NCBI GenBank assembly: GCA_964465785.1
Contig: CAYXLB010000001.1
Location: 1 to 34,322 of the forward strand
Reading direction: 5' to 3'
Length of the DNA: 34,322 nt
From: an uncultured Thermoplasmata archaeon
GTDB lineage: Archaea; Thermoplasmatota; Thermoplasmata; Thermoplasmatales; Aciduliprofundaceae
Shown: positions 1 through 8,931 of the stretch, in pieces
Layout of the letters: each line of letters begins with the position of its first letter
How positions within the stretch are numbered: the stretch's first letter is position 1
Translations under genes and position numbers: made by a program
The notes under the pieces: generated by a model
What the model was told of the DNA's origin: nothing
Database searches by the model: none
What the model saw: the letters and a program-made list of their open reading frames with translations, nothing else

Positions 1-20
1 TTCAAATCCCGCCCGGTCCA
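1..20 (+). tRNA. 3' end of a tRNA, probably tRNA-Ala (truncated by the window edge)
   Basis: TTCAAAT (T-loop) + CCCGC (T-stem 3' side) + CCGGTCC (acceptor 66-72) + A73. U70 and discriminator A fit the G3.U70 Ala identity element. CCA is not encoded and the anticodon is not visible. Confidence 0.8.
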
Positions 21-33
21 TTTCTCGCTTTTT

Positions 34-139
34 GCTCGAAATGTTTCGGGCTAAGCGCATCAAAGATGCTCCCCGGAGGGGTTGCTCGCAACTTCGTTGC
101 TCATTTCCCCTTTCAAAACCCCTCCCTTAAAAGGGTTTT
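34..139. repeat. Cluster of short hairpins downstream of the tRNA (REP/MITE-like or structured RNA)
   Basis: Stems: GCTCGAAA/TTTCGGGC (34-51), GCATC/GATGC (57-69), AGGGG...CCCCT (77-111) enclosing GCAAC/GTTGC (88-100), AAAACCC/GGGTTTT (115-139). Confidence 0.45.
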
Positions 140-155
140 ATCCGAAAGATTATGG

Positions 156-187
156 TTTTCGTATTTCTTCATGAAGAAGGGCGAAAA
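156..187. promoter_or_regulatory. 32-bp imperfect palindrome upstream of the kor operon
   Basis: TTTTCG-tat-TTCTTCATGAAGAA-ggg-CGAAAA, with a perfect 14-bp core at 165-178. Confidence 0.45.
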
Positions 188-262
188 TATATCTATTTCG
201 TACCCAGAGAATTGTGTTTCGAATTTCAATATTTATATCCTTTTAGGCTAACCGCAAGTTTT

Positions 263-270
263 TTTATATA
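263..270 (+). promoter_or_regulatory. TATA box of the kor operon
   Basis: TTTATATA about 40 bp upstream of the TTG start at 312. GGAGG RBS at 299-303. Confidence 0.6.
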
Positions 271-311
271 TCTCGCTATACCTACACAAAACCCCATAGG
301 AGGATGTAAAA

Positions 312-563
312 TTGAGTTCACAAAACCCGAAGCCTCCGAAAAAAAGAGGCACTGTCATAATTGATGAGAACAGATGCAAGGGATGCTGGTACTGCATTGA
401 GTACTGCCCCACAAAGGTACTGGAAGTTTCTGAAAAACTAAATGAGAAGGGCTACCATCCCCCAAAACTGGTGGAGGAGCCACCCAATAAAGTATGCATT
501 GCCTGTCACCTATGCGAGATATTCTGTCCAGATTTTGCAATTGTTGTGGAGGAGATAAAATGA
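312..563 (+). CDS. korD: 2-oxoacid:ferredoxin oxidoreductase delta subunit (2x[4Fe-4S] ferredoxin)
   Basis: Two CxxCxxCxxxCP motifs (CKGCWYCIEYCP, CIACHLCEIFCP). TTG start with RBS. First gene of the operon. Confidence 0.88.
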   Translation: MSSQNPKPPKKRGTVIIDENRCKGCWYCIEYCPTKVLEVSEKLNEKGYHPPKLVEEPPNKVCIACHLCEIFCPDFAIVVEEIK

Positions 564-1678
564 AGCCCGGATATTATTTCTGGAGTGGTGATATTGCAGC
601 AGCCGAAGGTGCGATAGCTGCAGGTTGTAGATTCTATGCAGGATATCCCATTACACCAAGCAGTGAAATAGCTGAAAGAATGGCCTTAAGATTACCCCAA
701 GTAGGGGGGAAGTTTATAGAAATGGAGGATGAAATTGGCTCCATAGCAGCCATAATAGGGGCATCATGGACTGGGGAGAAGGTGATGACCGCAACTGCAG
801 GTCCAGGGGTATCCCTTATGAACGAAAACATAGGTCTTGCAGCTATGACCGAAGTGCCCCTTGTGATCGTAAATGCTATGCGAGGAGCCCCCTCCACAGG
901 TTTGCCGACCCTCATAGGCCAAGGGGATTTAATGCAGGCAAAATGGGGCTCCCATGGAAGCTATGAAATCATATCCCTTTATCCCGATAGCGTTCAAGAG
1001 ACCTTCGATTTAATGATCGACGCATTTAACTATGCTGAAAGATATAGAGTTCCTGTTATTTTCCTAATTGATGCAATGCTTGCCCACATGTATGAGAAGA
1101 TCTATGTTCCTCCAGAGGATGAAATTGTAAGAATTGAGAGAAAGAGGCCAACGACACCTCCAGAGGAGACTCTCATATACAAGGCAGATGAAGACCTCGT
1201 TCCTCCAATGCCCAGGATTGGTGATGGGTATAGAATCCATGCCTCTGGATTGACACATAATGAGAAGGGCTATCCAGAGCTTACGGCTGAAGCGCAGGAA
1301 AAACTTGTTAAGAGGCTTAACGACAAAATAAGAAAACATGCCGAGGAAATATGGAAGGTTGAGGAGTACAAGACTGAGGATGCCGACGTTATCGTTGTAG
1401 CCATGGGAAGTGAATCTAGGAGCGTTAGATTTGCTGTTGAACTTGCAAGAAGGGAGGGAATAAAGGCAGGTATGCTGCGCCTCATAACAATATGGCCCTT
1501 CCCCTATAAATTCATAGAGAAGTATGATGTTCCCTACATAGTGGCCGAGATCAATTATGGCCAGATATATCATAAGGTTAGGGAATATAGCAGAAAAGTA
1601 GAGCTCCTACCAAAGATGGGGGGAGAAATCCACAAGCCCGAGGAAATCCTCAGAGCCATAAGGAGGAATGCCCCATGA
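560..1678 (+). CDS. korA: 2-oxoacid (probably 2-oxoglutarate):ferredoxin oxidoreductase alpha subunit
   Basis: YAGYPITPSSE, MEDEIGS and TATAGPG motifs. Start moved to ATG 560 (ATGA overlap with korD stop). Confidence 0.9.
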   Translation: MKPGYYFWSGDIAAAEGAIAAGCRFYAGYPITPSSEIAERMALRLPQVGGKFIEMEDEIGSIAAIIGASWTGEKVMTATAGPGVSLMNENIGLAAMTEVPLVIVNAMRGAPSTGLPTLIGQGDLMQAKWGSHGSYEIISLYPDSVQETFDLMIDAFNYAERYRVPVIFLIDAMLAHMYEKIYVPPEDEIVRIERKRPTTPPEETLIYKADEDLVPPMPRIGDGYRIHASGLTHNEKGYPELTAEAQEKLVKRLNDKIRKHAEEIWKVEEYKTEDADVIVVAMGSESRSVRFAVELARREGIKAGMLRLITIWPFPYKFIEKYDVPYIVAEINYGQIYHKVREYSRKVELLPKMGGEIHKPEEILRAIRRNAP

Positions 1679-2511
1679 ATCCGATGGAGCTTATGAGAAT
1701 GGAAGAAGAAAAACTTCTGAGAACAGATAGGCTACCCCATGTATGGTGTCCTGGCTGCGGTATAGGTATAGTTTTGAATGCATTTCTTAGGGCAGTTATA
1801 AAATCCAAGATGGATCCAAATAAACTTGTGGTAGTTTCTGGGATCGGTTGTACAGGTAGAACTGCTGGATATGTAAATGTCGATTCCTTCCATACAACCC
1901 ACGGCCGCGCGATACCCTTTGCTGTGGGGGTGAAATTTGCCAGGCCTGATTTGAATGTGGTTGTGTTCAGCGGTGATGGTGACCTCTTCGCCATTGGTGG
2001 CAATCACTTTGTAAATGCAGCTAGAAGAAATCATGATTTGCTTATAATCGCTGTGAATAACTATACCTATGGTATGACTGGGGGACAGCATGGACCAACA
2101 ACTCCCACCGGGGCATTCACCACAACAACACCCTACGGTAATCCAGATAGACCCTTCAACATACCTCATCTAGCCATATCCCTAGGAGCCCCTTATGTGG
2201 CAAGATGGACAACCTATCATGTGATGCAACTACAAAACTCTATTTATCATGCCTTGCATCGCAAGGGTTTCAGAGTCATAGAAATAATTTCCCAGTGCCC
2301 AACGGTGTATGGGAGGAGAAATGATATGAAGACACCATTGGAAATGATGCACTATTTCCAGAAGGCCTCCTATAGAAAGGACGATGCGAGCTTTGAAGAA
2401 ATGGAGCTTACCTACAACGGCAAAATTGTAGTTGGGGTGTTTAGGGATGTTCAAGGGATACCTACCTACGAGGAGAGATATGATGATATAATAAGGAGGG
2501 CTCAGAAATGA
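1675..2511 (+). CDS. korB: 2-oxoacid:ferredoxin oxidoreductase beta subunit (TPP-binding)
   Basis: WCPGCG, SGIGC, GDGD...NN TPP motif, YGMTGGQ. ATGA overlap. Confidence 0.92.
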   Translation: MNPMELMRMEEEKLLRTDRLPHVWCPGCGIGIVLNAFLRAVIKSKMDPNKLVVVSGIGCTGRTAGYVNVDSFHTTHGRAIPFAVGVKFARPDLNVVVFSGDGDLFAIGGNHFVNAARRNHDLLIIAVNNYTYGMTGGQHGPTTPTGAFTTTTPYGNPDRPFNIPHLAISLGAPYVARWTTYHVMQLQNSIYHALHRKGFRVIEIISQCPTVYGRRNDMKTPLEMMHYFQKASYRKDDASFEEMELTYNGKIVVGVFRDVQGIPTYEERYDDIIRRAQK

Positions 2512-3053
2512 GGGTTGAGATAAAATTTGGAGGCTTGGGTGGCCAAGGAATCATAACAGCAGGTTACATAACCGCCAAGGCCGCGGCCATATATGACGGG
2601 AAGGAAAGTGCCTTTACCCAAGATTACAGTGCTGAGGCAAGGGGTGGAGCAAGCACCAGTGAGGTTATAATCTCAGATGAAAAAATAACATATCCTCAAG
2701 TTCTGGAGGCAGATTACCTCATTCTTATGAGTCAAAGTGCCTATCGGGACTATCTCCATAAATTGAAAAAGGGAGGAACTATGCTCATAGATGAGGATTT
2801 GGTAAAACCAGATGAGAGAGCAAAGGACTACACGGTATATAAGATTCCTGCAACGAGATTTGCAGAGGAAATAGGAAATCCTATAGTTGCCAATATTGTG
2901 ATGCTTGGGTTTTTCACGGCCATAACGGAGGTTGTTTCAAGGGATGCCATGTGGAAATCAATAGAAGAGCGCATACCAAAGAGATTCTTAGAATTGAATG
3001 AAAGGGCCTTCCTAAAAGGATACGAATACGGGCAAAAAATAAAGGAAGAGTGA
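2508..3053 (+). CDS. korC: 2-oxoacid:ferredoxin oxidoreductase gamma subunit
   Basis: GGLGGQG, EARGG and NIVMLG motifs. ATGA overlap. Confidence 0.9.
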   Translation: MRVEIKFGGLGGQGIITAGYITAKAAAIYDGKESAFTQDYSAEARGGASTSEVIISDEKITYPQVLEADYLILMSQSAYRDYLHKLKKGGTMLIDEDLVKPDERAKDYTVYKIPATRFAEEIGNPIVANIVMLGFFTAITEVVSRDAMWKSIEERIPKRFLELNERAFLKGYEYGQKIKEE

Positions 3054-3054
3054 G

Positions 3055-4359
3055 CTATTTCACCAATTCTATATATTTATATGCTTCCGCCCCTTCATTG
3101 AAGCAATAGTGGATTTTGTTGAACTCCTTCTTTAGTTCCTTCACCTCTTTCTTTACACCTTCAATATCGTTATCCATGGCCACCCTTTTTATCAATTCTG
3201 CCACATACTTCATCTCGCCCTCCTTCATTCCCAAGCGTGTTAGCTCCTGCACGCCAAGGCGAATTCCACTGGGATTCCTAGGCTTCTTGGGGTCATCGTA
3301 GGGTAAAAGATTGTAATTGCATATGATATTAGCCTTCTCCAAATCCTCGGCAACTCTTCTACCACCACCCTGGGCAACCACATCCACAAGCACCGTATGG
3401 CTCTTTGTAAAGCCATTCTTCTCCCCAAGCACCTTGAATCCAAGCTCATAAAGCTCCTGGGCTAAACTCTGTGCATTCCTCACTATTTGCTCCGCATATT
3501 TCTTTCCGAATTCAATATGTTCGGCAAGGGTGATTGCAAGGGCAGCCATATGGTGCAGATGATGATTGCTTATAACCCCTGGAAATACTCCACGCTGAAT
3601 CTTTTTCCAAAATTTCTCACGCTTTTCCTCATCTCCCGCAGGATTTGCAAGGATTATGCCGCGCTGTGGTCCCGGCAGGGTTTTATGGGTACTCCCAGTC
3701 ATAACATGGGCACCTTCCCGCAGTGGATCCTGGAACTGTCCGCCTGCTATTAAGCCCAGCACATGGGCACCATCGTACCATACCGTGGTGCCCGCCTCCT
3801 GAAAGGCATCCTGTAATTCCCTTAGGGGGGCGGGAAATAGGAATACGCTCATTCCAAAGAGAGCTACCTTTGGCTTTACTATCTTTATCAGCTTTGCACT
3901 CAAATCCACATCAATATTCATCTCCTCCACATCGAAGGGATACTCTATCTTATGCACTCCCCTCATTCCAACCGCTCCAAACTTTGCACTGCTTATATGG
4001 GCACCACCTTGAAGGGGAGGACCTGTTATTACATCTCCAGGTTTTGTTAATGCGAAGAGTACAGCCTGATTGGCATTTGTTCCACTTATTGGACGTACAT
4101 CTGCATAGTCCACATTGAATAGCTTTTTAGCAAGCTCTGTTGTGAGTTCCTCAATCTGATCCACATATATATTTCCTTGATAGTATCTCTTACCAGGCAA
4201 ACCTTCAGCATACCTGTTATGGAGGTCAGAAATTAAGAGTTCCATTGCCATTGGACTTATTAGATTTTCAGATGCGATCATGGGAAGAGAATCACGAAAC
4301 CATTGGGTATGCTCCTTAACAAGTTCCCTAATTTTATTTGCCTCATCTAGAGCGCTCAT
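3055..4359 (-). CDS. glyA: Serine hydroxymethyltransferase
   Basis: IASEN, RYAEGLPGKRYYQG, PLP-lysine motif STHKTLPGP, SGIRLG. Confidence 0.96.
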   Translation of the reverse strand: MSALDEANKIRELVKEHTQWFRDSLPMIASENLISPMAMELLISDLHNRYAEGLPGKRYYQGNIYVDQIEELTTELAKKLFNVDYADVRPISGTNANQAVLFALTKPGDVITGPPLQGGAHISSAKFGAVGMRGVHKIEYPFDVEEMNIDVDLSAKLIKIVKPKVALFGMSVFLFPAPLRELQDAFQEAGTTVWYDGAHVLGLIAGGQFQDPLREGAHVMTGSTHKTLPGPQRGIILANPAGDEEKREKFWKKIQRGVFPGVISNHHLHHMAALAITLAEHIEFGKKYAEQIVRNAQSLAQELYELGFKVLGEKNGFTKSHTVLVDVVAQGGGRRVAEDLEKANIICNYNLLPYDDPKKPRNPSGIRLGVQELTRLGMKEGEMKYVAELIKRVAMDNDIEGVKKEVKELKKEFNKIHYCFNEGAEAYKYIELVK

Positions 4360-4387
4360 ATCATCACCGAGGGGATATTGCAGGGAA

Positions 4388-4897
4388 TTATAATAACTTT
4401 TTATCCTTGAGTAACACGATGAATTTCTTCATCCACTCTGCCAGGTCTCCAGGATGCCTTGCAGAGACAATATTTCCATCCACTGCAACCCCATCCACAA
4501 ACTCTCCACCGGCTGCAATCAAATCATCCTTAACCCCATACCAACAGGCAATTTTGCGATTCTTTACAACCCCTGCGGAGATTAAAACCTGCACCCCATG
4601 GCATATTATTGCCACTGGCTTGTTCTTCTCAAAGAAGTGCTTTACAATTTCCACAGCACGGGGCTGCAATCTCACCCTCTCTGGGGATTTGCCCCCGGGA
4701 ATTACAAGAATTTGGAACTCCTCAGGATCCACCTCATCATATTGCAAATCTGTCTTGAGAGGATAGCCTCTTTTTCCCCTTAGCTCTTTCTGTGAAGAAG
4801 CCACCAAAACATCTATGCCTTCTTCTTTGAGCCTGTGGTAGGGATAAAAGAGTTCCAGATCCTCAAAATCGTTTTCCGCCAAGATTAGGGCCTTCAT
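4388..4897 (-). CDS. pfpI: PfpI/DJ-1 family protease/deglycase
   Basis: FEDLEL, IPGGKSPE, nucleophile elbow ICHG, VDGNIVSAR.PGDL. Confidence 0.9.
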   Translation of the reverse strand: MKALILAENDFEDLELFYPYHRLKEEGIDVLVASSQKELRGKRGYPLKTDLQYDEVDPEEFQILVIPGGKSPERVRLQPRAVEIVKHFFEKNKPVAIICHGVQVLISAGVVKNRKIACWYGVKDDLIAAGGEFVDGVAVDGNIVSARHPGDLAEWMKKFIVLLKDKKLL

Positions 4898-4969
4898 AGA
4901 TGAATATATTCTCCCACATATTTAAATTCTGCCACAAATTTTTATAGGTTGAAGAGATAATAAGTTTGA

Positions 4970-6877
4970 ATGTTTAGAAATGTGTGCATGCGAGACTGCT
5001 ACGATACCTGCTCTCTTTTAACGGAGATAAGGGGTGGAAGAATAAGGGTCAAGGCGAATCCAAAAAACAGGGTTACTTCCACCTTCCTATGTCCAAAGGG
5101 TGCGCTTCTTCCAAAATGGGTTCATAGTGATGATAGGATATCAACTCCCCTTTTGAGGATAGGAGATAGGCCATCGGAGGATTTCCAAAGAATCTCTTGG
5201 AATGTAGCAATTTCCATCATTGCAAAAAAGATGAAGGAAATTATAAGGGATTATGGTCCCAAGGCAATCCTACTCTACTATTACTATGGAGATAGGGGAT
5301 TGGTAAATGCCCAGTTCCCCCATAGGCTTTTCAATTATTTGAATGCGAGTATAGTGGAGGATGTCATATGCGATAGGAGCGGTGAGGAGGCATTGAAGGA
5401 CACATACGGTACTGCCCAAGGTATGGATCCTGAAGAATTGGAGAATGAGAATCTTCTGGTATTCTGGGGTATTAATTCTGCCTGGACCAATATGCATGGA
5501 TTTTTCCTTGCCAAAAGACTTGGATTGGAGATATGGAGTGTGGATATTGTTAAAAACGCAACATCCAAAAAAGCAGATAGATTTTTCATGCTAAAACCTG
5601 AAACTGATACACTATTTGCCTTGGGAGTTGCAAAGATAATAGTGGAAGAGAAGTTATACGATGAAAGATTTCTGAGGGAAAATACCCTGGGTTTTGAGGA
5701 GCTTAAGAAGTATGTTGAATCATTGGATATGGATTACATCTCAAATGAAACAGGTGTGGATGAAGAGGATATAAGATACTTTGCCGAAAATTATGCAGAA
5801 AAGAGGGGAGTAATACACATAGGCTATGGATTTCAGAGAACCTCCCAGGGTGGGGAGGCTGTGAGGGCAATTTCCATTCTCCCCGCCCTGGTGGGAAGGA
5901 TGAGGGGGTTTATTTACAGCAATAGAATCTTGCCAAGGGATTATGTTCGTGGCGATTTTTTAAGGGAATCTCCAGGATACAAAATAACCCATTTGGAACT
6001 CGCAGATTACATTGAGGATGGGAGAATAAAATTCATATTTATCTACGGAACAAATCCACTGGCAACTCTACCGGATCAAAAAAGGCTCAGGAGAGTTATT
6101 TTAGAGGCACAACCCTTCATTGTTCTCCACGATTTATTCTTGACAGATACAGCATTATTCTCGGATGTTGTTCTCCCGGCAAACACATTCTTTGAAAGAG
6201 ATGACATAGCTGATTCCTACTACCACAGATACCTCGCCTACAACGAGAAGATTCTTGAAATCTCGGGAAAGAGTAATTCGGAGGTTGCCAGGTTAATCGC
6301 CAAGGAATTGAATCTTGATAATCCATACCTTTATGAGGAGGATGAGAAAGTAATGAGGCATGTGCTCGAAGAAATTGGAATATCCTATGATGAACTTAAG
6401 GAAAAAGGGGTTTTGAAGATACCCCTTGACTCATACTCGCCTAACACGGAAAGTGAGAAAATAGAACTGTATTCCAGAAGAGCAATTAGGAGAGGGTTAA
6501 ATCCATTCCCGACCTACGAGAAGATTAAGGGCAAGGGGATTAAACTTATAAGCGCCACCTATCTTTTCACAATATCCTCCCAGTACCACAACACATACGG
6601 CTACGAGGATACATCTATATATCTCAATCCACAGGATGCCTTGGAGAGGGGGATAGAGGATGGTACCAGTGTAAGGGTTTTCAACGAATATGGAGAGATA
6701 AGAACCTTTGCTAAGATAAGCGAGGATGTTCAAAAAGGCGTAGCCATTATGTACAAGGCCTTCTGGCCAAAGAAAATTGGATGGAATGTTAATTTCCTCA
6801 CACCACCGAAGGGTAACGAGAAATATGGTAATGGAACAATCCTTCACACCGTATGGGTAGAGGTGGAGAGAGTTTAA
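4970..6877 (+). CDS. Molybdopterin (DMSO reductase family) oxidoreductase, cytoplasmic, substrate unknown
   Basis: N-terminal CMRDCYDTC...CPKG Fe-S motif, DLFLTDTALFSDVVLPA..FE, C-terminal LNPQDA.ERGIEDG..VRVFNEYG domain. No Tat signal. Confidence 0.88.
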   Translation: MFRNVCMRDCYDTCSLLTEIRGGRIRVKANPKNRVTSTFLCPKGALLPKWVHSDDRISTPLLRIGDRPSEDFQRISWNVAISIIAKKMKEIIRDYGPKAILLYYYYGDRGLVNAQFPHRLFNYLNASIVEDVICDRSGEEALKDTYGTAQGMDPEELENENLLVFWGINSAWTNMHGFFLAKRLGLEIWSVDIVKNATSKKADRFFMLKPETDTLFALGVAKIIVEEKLYDERFLRENTLGFEELKKYVESLDMDYISNETGVDEEDIRYFAENYAEKRGVIHIGYGFQRTSQGGEAVRAISILPALVGRMRGFIYSNRILPRDYVRGDFLRESPGYKITHLELADYIEDGRIKFIFIYGTNPLATLPDQKRLRRVILEAQPFIVLHDLFLTDTALFSDVVLPANTFFERDDIADSYYHRYLAYNEKILEISGKSNSEVARLIAKELNLDNPYLYEEDEKVMRHVLEEIGISYDELKEKGVLKIPLDSYSPNTESEKIELYSRRAIRRGLNPFPTYEKIKGKGIKLISATYLFTISSQYHNTYGYEDTSIYLNPQDALERGIEDGTSVRVFNEYGEIRTFAKISEDVQKGVAIMYKAFWPKKIGWNVNFLTPPKGNEKYGNGTILHTVWVEVERV

Positions 6878-8445
6878 ATTTCAATTTCCTCAATCTTTAA
6901 ATCCATTGGCTCTAGGGGCTTATCCACATCTATTCCATGGCGGAGCGCCCATTTTCTTATGCTTTCCACCAGTAATTTTGAACCCAACTTTGCAAGGGGT
7001 GCAAAAACAAGGAATGCGGGATTTCCCTTAGTTACAAGACTCAATCCATGGTCTACCTCCCAGGCAAGATGGCGCCATGCATGGTATATATGTAGCACTC
7101 TTCCAGGAGTGAGTTGCTCAGCCACATCGAATCCTTCCCTATCCTTAAAGGCGGCCATGGGAACAAAGGAGAGAGGCGTAACGGTGAAATGGGCTCTCTC
7201 GCCCAATTTTTCCCTCAACTTCTTTTCCATTGTAATTATCAATCTGGCCGTTTCTATATTATCCTCATCCGTTTCCCAAGGAAGTCCTACAATAGAGGTG
7301 TAGGCAGGGAACCAGAAAAATTTATTAAAGGCATAGGTTGCATTAAGGAGTACCCAGGGCCATTCCTCAGGGCTGAAGGGCTTCATCTTATTATTGGCTA
7401 TCTTCTTAATCAACTCCGATGATGCAGTTTCAAAGCCAACCTGAATACCTATCCACCTTGTTATAGAAGCATGATTTAACTCGGCAACCCTCTTTAGGAC
7501 TCTTGGAGCTGCTAAAGCCCCTGCTGCAGTACCATGGGTGGGATTTGCAAATTCAACCTTCTTCAAAACTTCTTCAAATAAGCTTATTATGGCATCCTCA
7601 TTAGGATAGAAATTCCTCCTATCCTCCACCATATAATTGAATATGTCTTCACTTTGTAGCCAGGCTGTTTTCTGCCCAGCCCTTAAATTCACATCAATCT
7701 CTGCCAGAATCTTCTCCAAAGGATAAAATCTGGCAGTTCTTATGTTGGGAGCGCAAAATCTGCAGCCTCTGCCGCAGCCCCTCATGACCTCAACCATACC
7801 CTTAAATGTTGGATTCACTATATTGGGTATCTCTTCTATTGTGGGCCAGGTTTTAATCTTAATAAATTTATCCTCACTTCCCCCCTCAATCCTATGGAAT
7901 ATTTCAGCTATAACATGCTCCGTTTCCCCCATAACCACATGGTCTATCTTTAACTCTTCCGTTAATTCTTCCCTTGCCTCCAACTGCCAAGCACCTGGAC
8001 CTCCCACCTCTATCTTAAAATCATATCCCTTCCTCTCCCTTAGGTCCCTAATTCTCCTCACCAGGGATAGAAATTTATACTTTGTATATGATGTGAGCCT
8101 GCCACCATCGGTGAACATCATAGTTACTGGCCCCAATCCATAGGGGTCCATGGTATTAATTCCCACAATCGTGGTATGCTCATCTATGAATTTTTCCACA
8201 TGCCTTGGATGAGCCACCACAACATCCTGAGGTGAGAATCCATCCTTCAAAAGGGCCGCCTCAACCTTCCTCAGTCCATAGGGTGCAAAGGTTAACCTCC
8301 CATTCTCATGGGGAACCTGGGAATCCAATAATGTGTATATAGGCCTAGGTACCCTTTCTAAAGGGGCGCATCCCAGAAAATCCAGGAGGGGGATATTTCT
8401 ATATGTACTGGTTAGAGTCTCATCGGCGGTGAGCACTATCCTCAT
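6874..8445 (-). CDS. Radical SAM protein with N-terminal B12-binding-like domain, GDGT ring synthase (Grs)-like family
   Basis: CGRGCRFC radical SAM motif. IVLTAD, APYGLRKVEA, DPYGLGP and VGGPGAWQ match my recollection of GrsA/GrsB-family motifs. Confidence 0.72.
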   Translation of the reverse strand: MRIVLTADETLTSTYRNIPLLDFLGCAPLERVPRPIYTLLDSQVPHENGRLTFAPYGLRKVEAALLKDGFSPQDVVVAHPRHVEKFIDEHTTIVGINTMDPYGLGPVTMMFTDGGRLTSYTKYKFLSLVRRIRDLRERKGYDFKIEVGGPGAWQLEAREELTEELKIDHVVMGETEHVIAEIFHRIEGGSEDKFIKIKTWPTIEEIPNIVNPTFKGMVEVMRGCGRGCRFCAPNIRTARFYPLEKILAEIDVNLRAGQKTAWLQSEDIFNYMVEDRRNFYPNEDAIISLFEEVLKKVEFANPTHGTAAGALAAPRVLKRVAELNHASITRWIGIQVGFETASSELIKKIANNKMKPFSPEEWPWVLLNATYAFNKFFWFPAYTSIVGLPWETDEDNIETARLIITMEKKLREKLGERAHFTVTPLSFVPMAAFKDREGFDVAEQLTPGRVLHIYHAWRHLAWEVDHGLSLVTKGNPAFLVFAPLAKLGSKLLVESIRKWALRHGIDVDKPLEPMDLKIEEIEI

Positions 8446-8910
8446 TTAAATCACCTCTGAATACTCCTTGATTATATCTATGAGGGAGCTTATGTATTCC
8501 TCTGCCTTTTCGATCTTCCTTTTAAGCTCTATTATGTTTTTTGCCTCCTCACCTTTAATGTTCTTAATCTCTTCTTCTATAAGTCTCCTAACCCGTGGTA
8601 AATCATGCTGGTATATATCCTCCAAAAGCCGGAGGAGTATGGAAAGAACATTGCTTTCCGATGAATACATATACTTCTTTCCCTCCTTTCTCCTCACTAT
8701 CAGATGAAGGCGCATCAATCTATGCAGACTCCCCGTAACCCCAGATAGGCTGCACCTCAAATTATCCGCTATCTCCTGGGCGCTCATAGACCTATCTCTC
8801 ATAATCAATTCCGAAAGTACAGAGGCATCAATATCCCTAAGTCCTGCCTTTATGAAGATCTTGGCAATCGCCTCCCGAATTCTCTGGAAAGATATATTCT
8901 CATTTTTCAC
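8446..8910 (-). CDS. wHTH transcriptional regulator (MarR/GbsR-like)
   Basis: MSAQEIADNLRCSLSGVTGSLHRLMRLHLIVRRKEGKKYMY HTH-wing followed by a coiled coil. Start reassigned to GTG 8910 because the longer ORF runs into rpl10e. Confidence 0.85.
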   Translation of the reverse strand: MKNENISFQRIREAIAKIFIKAGLRDIDASVLSELIMRDRSMSAQEIADNLRCSLSGVTGSLHRLMRLHLIVRRKEGKKYMYSSESNVLSILLRLLEDIYQHDLPRVRRLIEEEIKNIKGEEAKNIIELKRKIEKAEEYISSLIDIIKEYSEVI

Positions 8911-8922
8911 AATTTTGTGAAA
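8905..8922. promoter_or_regulatory. Putative operator, perfect inverted repeat
   Basis: TTTCACAA-TT-TTGTGAAA lies between the TATA box and the regulator start codon, and overlaps that codon. Confidence 0.65.
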
Positions 8923-8931
8923 GTTTTGAAA

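Noticed and set aside
66-364. ORFs 66..251 and 152..364
   Set aside because: No recognisable motifs or RBS. They span hairpins and the kor promoter.
494-559. N-terminal extension of korA
   Set aside because: Overlaps korD. ATG 560 gives the standard ATGA coupling.
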